From NCBI GenBank assembly GCA_964016885.1, contig OZ024761.1, positions 11,656,001-11,720,000 on the forward strand: 64,000 bases of DNA, written 5' to 3'. The DNA comes from Eledone cirrhosa. Lineage: Eukaryota. Shown here piece by piece: positions 25,829 to 37,961 of the stretch. The notes beneath the pieces were generated by a model, which saw only the letters and a list, made by a program, of their open reading frames with translations, made no database searches and was not told where the DNA came from. How positions within the stretch are numbered: the stretch's first letter is position 1; every line of letters starts with the position of its first letter. The translations under genes and the position numbers were made by a program.

Positions 25829-28800
25829 TCAGCATGTACCCATGGGAGGTCGGGTACCCTGTATTACTGCGTGACGCCAGAAGTCACGGTCGTGTGTCAT
25901 TGACTTTGAGAGGTGTAGTTGGGTAAGGTCGGCTTTTATCACCTCATCCCAAGTCATCTTGGGTCTCCCCACTCCGCGGTTTCCATCAACTTCTAGTGCT
26001 CTGCACCTTTTTATGCAGCTGTCATCCTTCATACGCATCACATGTCCATACCAGCGTAACCGCCTCTCCTGCACGCAGCATTTGATTCCTCTTATGCTCA
26101 GTCTCTCTCTCAATTCATTTATGCTTTGTCGTTCACGTATATTACTGTTACACATCCATCGGAGCATGCAGGCTTCGTTTCTCTCTAATCTACGTAAGTC
26201 TTCCACCTTCAGCGCCCAGGTCTCACTACCATGCAACATCGCTGTTCGGATACACGCATCATACAGTCTGCCTTTCATTCTGAGGGAGAAGCCTTTTGCA
26301 GCTAGCAGTGGTAGTAGTTCCCTAAACTTCTTCCATCCCGTTCTTACCCTAGTTATTGTACTTTCTGAGCACCCACCTCCGTTGCTAATTCGGTCACCTA
26401 GGTAGCAGAAGCTGTCTACTGTTTCTACAGGGCCCTCCCAGAGATTGGTGGTACTTGTTTCCTGTGGCTGTTTGCTTGCTGTTTCAGCACAGCTGCTGCA
26501 TGTGAATCCTACATTCTTAATTAAGCTTCCTGAGATCCCGCTACATCTCTTGTGTACCCATTGTTTGCATTTGGGGCAAAGAATGGAGTTCCTACCTACA
26601 CCTTTCCTACATACTGAGCAAGGCCATTTCCCTGAGGGGATCTGGGTTCTGTTTTCTCGTCTACTTATAAGGACCTTAGTCTTTGTCATGTTGACTTTGA
26701 GGCCCTTTCTCTCTAGTCCCTGCTTCCAGGTTTGGAATTTATTCTCTAGTTCTACCATAGATTCAGCTATGAGTGCGAGGTCATCAGCATACAGGAGTTC
26801 CCATGGGCATCCGGTCTTAAACTCCTCCGTTATTGCCTGCAGGACTATGATGAACAGGAGAGGGCTAAGAACAGAGCCCTGGTGGACCCCAACCTGTACG
26901 CTAAATTCCTCGCTATACTCATTGCCAATCCTAACTTTGCTGACTGCTCCCCTATACATGGCTTGTACCGCTTTCACAAGCCATTCATCTACTCCTAGTT
27001 TTCTAAGAGCCCACCAGATTACTGCACGTGGAACTCTGTCAAAGGCTTTCTCAAGGTCGACAAATGCCAAGTAGAGTGGCTTACTTTTAGCTAGGTACTT
27101 TTCCTGTAATTGCCTCACAAGGAAGAGCGCATCAGTGGTGCCTTTCCCTGGAACAAACCCAAATTGCATCTCGTCTATATTCACCCGGTCCCTAATCAGC
27201 TGTGCTATAACTCTTTCTGTTACTTTCATGACCTGGTCCATCAACTTTATACCTCTATAGTTTCCTCTATCTAGTGCATCGCCTTTACCTTTGTAGCAGT
27301 TGACAATGATGCTACTGCACCAATCTTTTGGTATGGCCCCCTCTAGTATTACCTGGTTAACGATACGTGTGGTTATAGTGTGACCTACAGACCCAGATGC
27401 CTTCAGCATCTCGGCAGCTATACCCGATGGACCGGTTGCCTTCCCTATCTTCATATCTCTGATTGCCTTACTTACTACGCTGCCGCTGACTTGTACTGCT
27501 GGTCCCTCTATAGGGTCTACGTGGGGTAGGGTCTCTTCTTCCCATGCATTCTCCTCATTTAGTAATCTATCATAATGACTCTTCCATGCATCTTTCTTCT
27601 CAGCACTTGTGAGGGCAAGCTCACCTTTATCATTCCGGATACACTTCTCTCCAATGACATCACAACTATCTCTGACACACTGCCTCGCAATCTTGAATAC
27701 CTCCTGTTTCTGGTCCTCACGTTGTAAAACATGCTTGAATTTTCTATCCTCTGCTTCCCTCCTAGCTAAGTATACTTGTCGCCTAGCTTCCCTCTTGGTC
27801 TCTATGTAATGTACCCTGCTCCCCCCGTTCTTCCATTCTTTCCATGCCTGTCTCTTGGCCTTGACTGCTTCATCTACCTTATTGTTCCACCACCAAGTCA
27901 CTCTCCTCCTGCTTGAGGTCTTACTCCAGCCACAAACCTCATCCGTCGCCTCTAGTAAGTTATTTTTTAGGAACTCCCAGTTCTCTTCTACGTTAAATGT
28001 CTCTATCTGTTCTTCTTTACTGTCGTAGGCGTTGAGTAAAATATCTTTAAATCTGTTACTGGTTGAGGGGACTTTCAGCTTCCAGATCTTTCTTCTCCAG
28101 GTTGGCCTCTGTTTCAGGGCTCGTCTAGTTCTGACCGTGAGGTCGCTGACAACTAAGCTATGTTGGGATGTACATTCCTCACTAGGGAAGGCTTTTGTGT
28201 TTACGACCGTCCATCTGTCACGTCCTCTGATGAGGATAAAATCTAACTGACTAGAGTGCTCCCCTGATCTATAGGTGATCAGGTGGTTGTCGGGTTTTTT
28301 AAAGTTTGTGTTACATATCGACATGTCATTGGCGTCGCAGAATTCTAGAAGTCTGAATCCTTCCTCATTCCTTGTGCCAACTCCATGGCCTCCATGTACT
28401 CTATTGAAGCCGTCGCAGTGTTTACCTACGTGTCCGTTAAAATCTCCTGCAATGATTAGGAAGTCCTTGTCGTCTGTTAGAGCAGTAGTGTGTATTAGGG
28501 ACTCGTAAAACCTATCCTTAAGTTCGTCTGGCAGCCCCGATTGGGGTGCGTAAGCTGATATTATTGTGGTAATTGTCTTATTCAGGACTAGTCTGAGTTT
28601 AATGATTCTTGCATTTACCCTTTACACTGAGATTACTTTATCTACCCACTTGTCAGCTAATAGTATACCTACACCACCCATCCCATCGTCATTTCCCACC
28701 CAGAAAAATTTGTAGCACTGGCTTTTTCCTACAAGGACTCTAGCAGACCCTCCTCTCCATCTAGTCTCTTGCACACAGCATACATCAACTTCCTTTCGCT

Positions 28801-28948
28801 CTAGCATTTCTACGATTTCTCCTGCTCTTCCTTTCATTGAGCCTACATTGATGGTACCAACTCGGAGTTTTGGGCATTTGTCGACACTCGTAGGGGAGGG
28901 TCTCTGGGTTGGCGCTTCACGTGGGTGCTTGGTAGCTCGCAGATTCAT
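25829..28948 (-). pseudogene. RTE ORF (APE endonuclease + reverse transcriptase + PHD-like finger), ~1039 codons with one in-frame TAA at 28624-28622
   Basis: ORFs 28622..28948 and 25829..28324 share a frame and the gap reads through. Motifs GTINVGSM, CVQETRW, GDFNGH, LDFIL, QFGF, DLEKAFD, GVHQGSVLSP, YADD, RLRWYGHVMR. Confidence 0.92.
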
Positions 28949-29189
28949 ATTTCATCTATTGATTCAGAGTTGCTCGTGTATTCCCAGCTCATCCATCCCT
29001 AACGGTGGGAAAATTGAGGGCTAGAAGGACAGTGGTGGTGGGGTAATGGCAGGGTGTGTTGGGATGCGCCAGAGGAGGAGAGAGTTAGTTAGGCAGGTAG
29101 TAGCAGCAGCAGCAGTGGAAATGGCATGCTAGGTTTGATTGGTCGAATAGACTATGGTGGTGTGTGGGGGTGGGGGGGAGGGAAATTGT

Positions 29190-30556
29190 GAGGTAGGAAC
29201 TAAGGGTCGCATGGTAAATATCCAAGTTAATACTACATCAGTAAAATTAACAATAATAACGTCATGAAAAAAGCTACTAAGAGAAACCCTCGAAAATTTA
29301 TCGCTAATACAGCAGGGAAAATTTAACGCTAATACAGCAGGGAACATCATAATATTAACGACAATATGTAGGCTAAAATACCTTCGTAGATTAGGTGGAT
29401 GGCTGGCTGGGAAAATTTGAATCAGCTCTAGTGGTACATTTTAGCAGAGAAGAATGGCAAAGTGTCTTATCTCTTCAATATTTTCAGATTGAATGAATTA
29501 GGTTAAAGACAGGGTAGTAAGCCTTAAAGAAGTGCATAGAGGGGGGGGGGGGGGGGTAGGAACTGAGGGTCGCATGGTAAATAACTGAGAGAGATACAAT
29601 AGGATTAGAATACCGCATGGTAAATATCCAAGTTAATAAGTTAATACTACATCAGTAAAATTAACAATAATAACGTCATGAAAAAAGCTACTAAGAGAAA
29701 CCCTCGAAAATTTATCGCTAATACAGCAGGGAAAATTTAACGCTAATACAGCAGGGAACTTCATAATATTAACGACAATATGTAGGCTAAAATACCTTCG
29801 TAGATTAGGTGGATGGCTGGCTGGGAAAATTTGAATCAGCTCTAGTGGTACATTTTAGCAGAGAAGAATGGCAAAGTGTCTTATCTCTTCAATATTTTCA
29901 GATTGAATGAATTAGGTTAAAGACAGGGTAGTAAGCCTTAAAGAAGTGCATAGAGGGGGGGGGGGGTAGGAACTGAGGGTCGCATGGTAAATAACTGAGA
30001 GAGATACAATAGGATTAGAATACCGCATGGTAAATATCCAAGTTAATAAGTTAATACTACATCAGTAAAATTAACAATAATAACGTCATGAAAAAAGCTA
30101 CTAAGAGAAACCCTCGAAAATTTATCGCTAATACAGCAGGGAAAATTTAACGCTAATACAGCAGGGAACATCATAATATTAACGACATGAAAAAGCTACT
30201 AAGAGAAACCCTCGAAAATTTATCGCTAATACAGCAGGGAAAATTTAACGCTAATACAGCAGGGAACTTCATAATATTAACGACAATATGTAGGCTAAAA
30301 TACCTTCGTAGATTAGGTGGATGGCTGGCTGGGAAAATTTGAATCAGCTCTAGTGGTACATTTTAGCAGAGAAGAATGGCAAAGTGTCTTATCTCTTCAA
30401 TATTTTCAGATTGAATGAATTAGGTTAAAGACAGGGTAGTAAGCCTTAAAGAAGTGCATAGAGGGGGGGGGGTAGGAACTGAGGGTCGCATGGTAAATAA
30501 CTGAGAGAGATACAATAGGATTAGAATACCGCATGGTAAATATCCAAGTTAATAAG
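29190..30556. repeat. ~410-414 bp tandem monomers (about 3.3 copies) at the RTE 5' end
   Basis: gtcatgaaaaaagctac recurs at 29261, 29675 and 30085; units are separated by poly-G runs; the third unit has an internal ~100-bp duplication. Confidence 0.9.
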
Positions 30557-30638
30557 ATAGAGAGAGAAATATATATAACCAAAGATGTCTGGAATTGAAC
30601 CATCAAGACTGTTGAGGAATGTCATACATCAATTCATG

Positions 30639-30700
30639 TATTTTATCTGACGAGGACGTACTGAAAAAACAGCACAGTACCTTCGAAATATATATGTATA
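30639..30700 (+). ncRNA. Truncated hammerhead motif variant
   Basis: tattttat-CTGACGA-gga-c-gtactg...cagtac-c-ttc-GAAA-tatatatg; the 3' strand of helix I is lost where the fold-back arm begins. Confidence 0.45.
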
Positions 30701-30740
30701 CGATATTAACAAATGGAAACTATATTTATAAAACCATATT

Positions 30741-30805
30741 TATTTCATTATACATATTTCAAGGACACCAAGTTAAATTATGGTGTGCTTTCATCAGATA
30801 AAATA
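30741..30805 (-). ncRNA. Inverted copy of the same hammerhead motif, sense to NUP50 and the RTE
   Basis: Exact reverse complement of 30839-30903 inside a long inverted repeat. Confidence 0.6.
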
Positions 30806-30838
30806 TAATATAGAGCAGTTTTATAAATATATATATTA

Positions 30839-30903
30839 TATTTTATCTGATGAAAGCACACCATAATTTAACTTGGTGTCCTTGAAATATGTATAATGAA
30901 ATA
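30839..30903 (+). ncRNA. Minimal type-I hammerhead ribozyme motif (Penelope-type)
   Basis: Helix I tattttat/atgaaata (8 bp); core CTGATGA at 30847; helix II aag-c-acacca/tggtgt-c-ctt; GAAA at 30884; short helix III; predicted cleavage after AUA at 30895. Confidence 0.65.
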
Positions 30904-31367
30904 AATATGGTTTTATAAATAGTTTCCATTTGTTAATATCGTATTTTTACTCCAATTATTTGTTGAGTGCTTTATATCAGTTATAAAAATATTTGCTTGT
31001 TGTATCCCAACAATTTAAATAGAACTTTTACATATATATATATATACAGAGAGAGATATATATAGATAGGTATGTATAGAGGGAAAGATATAGATAGGTA
31101 TATAGATGAGAGAGAGAGAGAGAAATAATATAAAAATAAAAAAAATAGTTAAAAAAAGGTACATTCTCAAGCCTAAATGATGGCTTCCAATTTTAGCACA
31201 AGGCCTGCAAATATGGGGAAGTTGATTATATCAACCCCAGTACTTAACAGGGAGTTGGAAGAGTTGTTAGAGGGGTTCAGATTAAAAATACCTGTTGGTA
31301 TTAGGAAGAGCATATGGCTGTCTCAAAAGATCCCACCCAAATCTAAGCCATCATCATGATCATCTAT

Positions 31368-31780
31368 CTGTAAAGTGGTTGTGCTGGTGACATGACAAAA
31401 AGCACCAAGTACACACTATAAAGTGGCTGTGTTGGTGCCATGAGAAAAAGCGGCAAGCACACATTGCAAAATGGTTGTGTTGGTGACATGACAAAAAGCA
31501 CCAAGTACACACTATAAAGTGGCTGTGTTGGTGCCATGAGAAAAAGCGGCAAGCACACATTGAAAGTGGTTGTGTTGGTGACACGACAAAAAGCACCAAG
31601 CACACACTGAAAGTGGTTGTGTTGGTGACACGACAAAAAGCGCCAAGCACACACTGTAAAGTGGTTGTGTTGGTGACATGACACAAAGCACCAAGTACAC
31701 ACTGTAAAGTGGTTGTGTTGGTGACATGACACAAAGCACCAAGTACACACTATAAAGTGGTTGTGTTGGTGACATGACAA
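31368..31780. repeat. ~45-bp tandem repeat with higher-order duplication
   Basis: Unit aaagtggttgtgttggtgacatgacaaaaagcaccaagtacacact; resembles the RTE 3' UTR segment. Related arrays at 4390-4560 and 54025-54230. Confidence 0.82.
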
Positions 31781-32199
31781 CCAACCGCCCGTCCAAGCTT
31801 CCAGCTTCTGCCATATTGATTGCGGAGGTATTTCAAGTCCTTCTTCAATAAAGGAGGGGTGGGTTGAGAAAGAAAACAACAAAACCTCCACCGACCCCCC
31901 CAGCTTCTGCCATATTGGGTGTGGAGGTATTTCCAAGCTGGTTACATAAGCAAATTAAATAGAATGTTATCAACTTGTGGGAAATGAGATGAAAGCAGAG
32001 GCAAGCTCACCAAGTTCCATCCAGACAAGTTTAGCCAACTAATATCGAGAAATGAAAAATCAATAAAACTGTTAAGATAGCAAAGAAAGAAAAAAAGAAA
32101 GAAAGAAAGAAAAAAAGAAAGTAAGAACAACAGAACAACAACAATCAGACTATTAAACTGCTACAGTAATATTTTCTACAGAAAGACAAAGGCTTTTGT

Positions 32200-33045
32200 T
32201 CAGGTGGTGGTGGTGATGGTGTGATGGTGGTGAAGGTGGTGATATGTGGTGGTGGTGGTGAAGGGGGTGATATGTGATGGTGGTGGTGGTGGTAGTGTGA
32301 TGGTGGTAGTGATGTGAGGTGGTGGCGGTGTGATTGTGAGGTGGTGGCGGTGTGATGGTGATGTGATGGTGGTGGAGATGATGGTGGTGGTGATATGTGG
32401 TGGTGGTAGTGTGATGGTGGTAATGGTGAAGGTGGTGGTGGTGGTGGAGGTAGTGTGATGGTGGTAGTGATATGTGGTGGTGAAGGTGGTAATGATGGTG
32501 ATGTGGTGGTGGTAGTGGTGATAGGTGGTGGTGATGATGATGATGGTGGTGGTGGAGGTGGTGATGGTGGTAGTGGTGATGTGGTGGTGAAGGTAGTTGT
32601 GGTGGTGATGATGATGGTATATGCTGATGGTAGCTATGGTACATTGTGATGGTATGTTGTGGTGGTAGTGGTATAGTGTTGGTGGTGGTATAGGGAAGCA
32701 GGAAGAAGTAAATAATTGGTACTTAATAAGAGGGAGGAGAGAGGGGGGGGGGGGCAGGGGAAAAGAGAGAGGAAGGAAGAGAGGAAGAGAAAGAGATGAG
32801 AGAGAAGTGAGAGAGGAAGGGAGAGGGGAAGAGCGAGAGAAGAGAGAAAGTGAGGAGGGATAGAGAGAGAGAGAGAGAGAAGCGAGAGAGGAAGGGAGAG
32901 GGAGAGAGGAAGGGAGAGGAAGTGAGGAGGGTACGAGAGAGAGAGAGAGAGAGAAGCGAGAGAAAGAAAGAGAGAGGAAGGGAGAGGGGAAGAGCGAGAG
33001 AAGAGAGAAGTGAGAGAGGGTAGAGGAAAGAGAGAGGGAGGGAAG
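32200..33045. repeat. (GGT/GAT)n block followed by a GA-rich block
   Basis: Low-complexity simple repeats. Confidence 0.9.
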
Positions 33046-33272
33046 AAAAACTTGAAGCTTTGCGTAATCAATATTTACACTATTTTTAATTTTGATATTT
33101 TTAAAATGAAAAATCTCTGCCACAATAAATTCTTTCTTTGACACAAATAACAGCAGCAGCAGCAGCAGCAGCAGTAAATTGCTATCTTCAGGCCCCACAC
33201 AACATCAATAAATAACGTAAAACATATTGCTAAGTAATTTCAAACTTCCACATTATTATTTTTATTATTATT

Positions 33273-33465
33273 AGGCAGTAATCGGTAGAGCGCCGGACAC
33301 CATGCTTCGCAGCACAGAGTTATGGCCCTTTACGGTCTGAGTTCAAATCCCACCGAGGGTAACTTTGCCTTTCATCCTTACGGGGAGGTCGATAAAATAA
33401 AGTACCAGTAATGCACTGGGGTAATAGTTGGCCTTGTGCCAAATGTAGAAACAATTATTATTATT
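33273..33465 (+). mobile_element. Meta-domain-like SINE
   Basis: gagttcaaatcc B box, tttgcctttcatccttacggg core, attatt tail. Confidence 0.78.
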
Positions 33466-33476
33466 AATATTTGGCA

Positions 33477-34985
33477 GTATCGTGGCTCTTAGAAAACTAG
33501 GTGAAGATGAATGGCTTGTGAGAGCTATACAAGCCATGTATAAAGAAACAGTCAGCAAGGTTAGAATTAACGAATATAGCGAAGAATTTAGCGTAAAAGT
33601 TGGTGTTCATTAAGGCTCTGTCCTCAGCCCCCTCCTATTTATTATTGCCCTTTGGGCTATAACAGAGGAGTTCAAGACCGGCTGCCCATGGGAACTTCTA
33701 TACGCAGATGATCTAACTCTCATAGCTGAATCGATGGCTGAACTAGAGAAGAAATTCCAATCATGGAAGCATGGCCTAGAATCAAAAGGCCTTAAAGTTA
33801 ACTTGTCTAAGACTAAAATTCTAGTATGTAGAAAGGAAAATAGGTTACAGGTACCCTCTGGGAAATGGCCATGCTCAGAGAGTTGGAAAGGAGTAGGCAG
33901 AAATTCCATTTTATGTCCCAAATGCAAACTATGGGTACATAAAAGATGTAGTGGGATCACAGGTAAGCTATCTAAGAACATAGATTTTATATGTGGCCGA
34001 TACTCAGGTGCAATAAGTAGCAAGTGCCCACAGGATACTAGCTCCTTCTATTGCCCAGATGGTTCTATAGAAATAGTGGACACCTTCCGTTACCTGAGTG
34101 TCAAAATCAGCAGTGGTGGAGGGTGCTCTGAAAGTACAGTAGCCAGAGTCAGAACGGAATGGAAAAAGTTCAGAGAGCTAATACCACTATTGGCCACTAA
34201 GGGTTTCTCTCTAAAAATGAAAGGCAGGCTGTATGATGCCTGTATACGAACAACAATGCTGCATGGCAGTGAGACATGGGCTTTGTTTGCAGAGGATCTA
34301 CACAGATTGGAGAGGAACGAAGCATCCATGCTCCGTTGGATGTGTAATAGTAATATATGTGAACGGCAAAGCATAAATGAACTAAGTGAGAAATTAGGAA
34401 TAAGAGGGATCAGATGTTGTTTACTTGAGAGAAGACTACGTTGGTATGGTCACGTGATGCGCATGAAAGACGACAGTTGTATAAAAAACGTGCAGGGCGA
34501 TCAAAATTGATGGAAGTTACGGAGTAGGTAGACCCAGAAAAACCTGGGACAATCTGATAAATTCCGACTTTACACACTTACACCTCTCTAAGACAATGTC
34601 ACTCGACGGAGATCTTTGGCGCCACGCAGTCATACAGAAGACCCGCCTTGCCTATGTACAAAGCGAAACCTACAGTCAGTAGGCGCCTCTAACAAAAGTA
34701 CACCCCCGTCCCACTACCCCCACACCACTATTTCTCTCTAAAGTTATGTTGGTACCACAACATCCAGTCCTAAATAAATGAGGCCGTGTAGTAACACGGT
34801 AAATAGCTCCCAGTTCCACACTGTAAACGTGGTTGGTGTTAGGAAGGGTATCCAGCCATAGAAAACCTGCCAGATAGCCCTATACGAGCGAGACATAGTC
34901 ATCCGACCATTCTTACCTCAAATGGGACAATTCCCGTCTAACCCATGCTAGCGTGGAAGATAGACGTAAAACGATGATGATGAAG
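33477..34985 (+). mobile_element. Degraded 5'-truncated RTE LINE (RT C-half, PHD finger, 3' UTR)
   Basis: Homologous to 25.5-27 kb (YADD, WVHKRCSG, RLRWYGHVMR); contains a stop and frameshifts. Confidence 0.88.
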
Positions 34986-35274
34986 GTGGTGGAGTGGCAG
35001 TAATTGGTAGAGCTTCTAACATGTTTTGCAACATAGAGTTACGTCCCGTCCCTTACAGTCAGTGTTATCATCATCATCACCACCATCATAATTCTGTGTC
35101 CATTCCTTTCCATGTTGGCATGGGTTGGACAAGACTTTTCAAAGTAGAATGCCATGTCCAGGTGAGGTCCTTCTTGACCAGAAACCTGGACACTACCACT
35201 TATAATGCAAAGGAGCAGAAGATGTTCAAATACCAGGGATGGACTGACCTCTTCCCTTTTAAGTCAGGTGCTGT

Positions 35275-35670
35275 CAAGACATCTGGTGTCTAATATTAAA
35301 TCACTTGTCCAGATGTCATCTGGTATTAAATATTAACAGTCCCATGTCCAGATGTGGTCATCTGGTGTCAAATATTAGCAGCAACATGTCCAGATGTGGT
35401 GATCTGGTGTCAAATATTAGCAACCACATGTCCTCCAGATGTGGTGATCTGGTGTCAAATATAAACAGCTGCAAATCCTCCAGATGTGGTCATCTGGTAT
35501 CAATTATTAACAGTCACATGTCCTCCAGATGTGGCCATCTGGTGTCAAATATTAACAGTCCCATGTCCAGATGTCATCTAGTGTCAATTATTAAGTCACA
35601 TGTCCAGATGTGGTCATCTGGTGTCAAATATTAAGTCGCATGACCTCCAGGTGTGGTGATCTGGTGTCAT
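35275..35670. repeat. ~42-45 bp diverged tandem repeat with palindromic core CCAGATG-tggt-CATCTGG, ~9 copies
   Basis: Direct reading of the sequence. Confidence 0.82.
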
Positions 35671-35864
35671 AACTTAACCTTTTTATTACCTTATTTCTAA
35701 ACAATGACATTGCCAAATCATTTTGAAAATAACCAAGAATTCGGCGGGATTTAATAACTAAAAAAAGAAACCTTGTTAATAAGTTGGTGTTTGGAACATA
35801 AATGTTATTACATAAAATCATAATGGAAAGTTTCTTTTTAAGATAAATACATACATTTTCAAAC

Positions 35865-37812
35865 AGCTTAGTAACAGAAAAGTTAATATACACAGCTTAG
35901 TAACATAAAACTAGTCAGTCTCAGGTAGTTTGGTATCAAAAGTTAATATACACAGCTTAGTAACATAAAACTAGAGTAAGTCTCAGGTAGTTTGGTATCA
36001 AAAGTTAATATACACAGCTTAGTAACATAAAACTAGAGTAAGTCTCAGGTAGTTTGGTATCAAAAGTTAATATACACAGCTTAGTAACATAAAACTAGAG
36101 TAAGTCTCAGGTAGTTTGGTATCAAAAGTTAATATACACAGCTTAGTAACATAAAACTAGAGTAAGTCTCAGGTAGTTTGGTATCAAAAGTTAATATACA
36201 CAGCTTAGTAACATAAAACCAGAGTCAGTCTCAGGTAGTTTGGTATCAAAAGTTAATATACACAGCTTAGTAACATAAAACCAGAGTCAGTCTCAGGTAG
36301 TTTGGTATCAAAAGTTAATATACACAGCTTAGTAACATAAAACTAGAGTAAGTCTCAGGTAGTTTGGTATCAAAAGTTAATATACACAGCTTAGTAACAT
36401 AAAACTAGAGTAAGTCTCAGGTAGTTTGGTATCAAAAGTTAATATACACAGCTTAGTAACATAAAACCAGAGTCAGTCTCAGGTAGTTTGGTATCAAAAG
36501 TTAATATACACAGCTTAGTAACATAAAACTAGAGTAAGTCTCAGGTAGTTTGGTATCAAAAGTTAATATACACAGCTTAGTAACATAAAACTAGAGTAAG
36601 TCTCAGGTAGTTTGGTATCAAAAGTTAATATACACAGCTTAGTAACATAAAACCAGAGTCAGTCTCAGGTAGTTTGGTATCAAAAGTTAATATACACAGC
36701 TTAGTAACATAAAACTAGAGTAAGTCTCAGGTAGTTTGGTATCAAAAGTTAATATACACAGCTTAGTAACATAAAACTAGAGTAAGTCTCAGGTAGTTTG
36801 GTATCAAAAGTTAATATACACAGCTTAGTAACATAAAACCAGAGTCAGTCTCAGGTAGTTTGGTATCAAAAGTTAATATACACAGCTTAGTAACATAAAA
36901 CCAGAGTCAGTCTCAGGTAGTTTGGTATCAAAAGTTAATATACACAGCTTAGTAACATAAAACTAGAGTAAGTCTCAGGTAGTTTGGTATCAAAAGTTAA
37001 TATACACAGCTTAGTAACATAAAACCAGGGTCAGTCTCAGGTAGTTTGGTATCAAAAGTTAATATACACAGCTTAGTAACATAAAACTAGAGTAAGTCTC
37101 AGGTAGTTTGGTATCAAAAGTTAATATACACAGCTTAGTAACATAAAACTAGAGTAAGTCTCAGGTAGTTTGGTATCAAAAGTTAATATACACAGCTTAG
37201 TAACATAAAACCAGAGTCAGTCTCAGGTAGTTTGGTATCAAAAGTTAATATACACAGCTTAGTAACATAAAACTAGAGTAAGTCTCAGGTAGTTTGGTAT
37301 CAAAAGTTAATATACACAGCTTAGTAACATAAAACTAGAGTCAGTCTCAGGTAGTTTGGTATCAAAAGTTAATATACACAGCTTAGTAACATAAAACTAG
37401 AGTCAGTCTCAGGTAGTTTGGTATCAAAAGTTAATATACACAGCTTAGTAACATAAAACTAGAGTAAGTCTCAGGTAGTTTGGTATCAAACGTTAATATA
37501 CACAGCTTAGTAACATAAAACTAGAGTAAGTCTCAGGTAGTTTGGTATCAAAAGTTAATATACACAGCTTAGTAACATAAAACTAGAGTCAGTCTCAGGT
37601 AGTTTGGTATCAAAAGTTAATATACACAGCTTAGTAACATAAAACTAGAGTAAGTCTCAGGTAGTTTGGTATCAAAAGTTAATATACTCAGCTTAGTAAC
37701 ATAAAACTAGAGTTAATCTCAGGTAGTTTGGTATCAGAAGTTAATATACACAGCTTAGTAACATAAAACTAGAGTCAGTCTCAGGTAGTTTGGTATCAGA
37801 AGAGTTAAAGAC
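35865..37812. repeat. 62-bp tandem repeat (~31 copies) of a MITE right end
   Basis: Unit aaaagttaatatacacagcttagtaacataaaac(t/c)agagt(a/c)agtctcaggtagtttggtatc; follows a MITE body that starts ttaaccttttt at ~35673. Confidence 0.94.
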
Positions 37813-37961
37813 AATATACAGAAATTGTCAAGAAAGATTCAGTTATTATATATACACATGTCACACACAAAATTGTTATATACACATCCACACACAGAAC
37901 CATTACACACAGAACCATTACACATACACAGAGAGTTACACACAAGGCAGTTATATATATA

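Larger units (their letters stand above)
25520..30556 (-). mobile_element. Near-full-length RTE-clade LINE in the NUP50 intron
   Basis: Single APE+RT reading frame; 3' UTR ending in (GAT)n at ~25520-25545; ~410-bp tandem monomers at the 5' end. No TSD recognised, so the 5' boundary is approximate. Confidence 0.88.
30699..30943. repeat. Long near-perfect inverted repeat (arms ~110 bp, short loop)
   Basis: tacgatattaac...aatataatata is mirrored by tatattatatt...gttaatatcgta, differing by one 2-nt indel. Confidence 0.92.

Noticed and set aside
25959-28508. Plus-strand ORFs over the RTE (and minus-strand ORFs over the CR1)
   Set aside because: Antisense shadows of LINE coding sequence.
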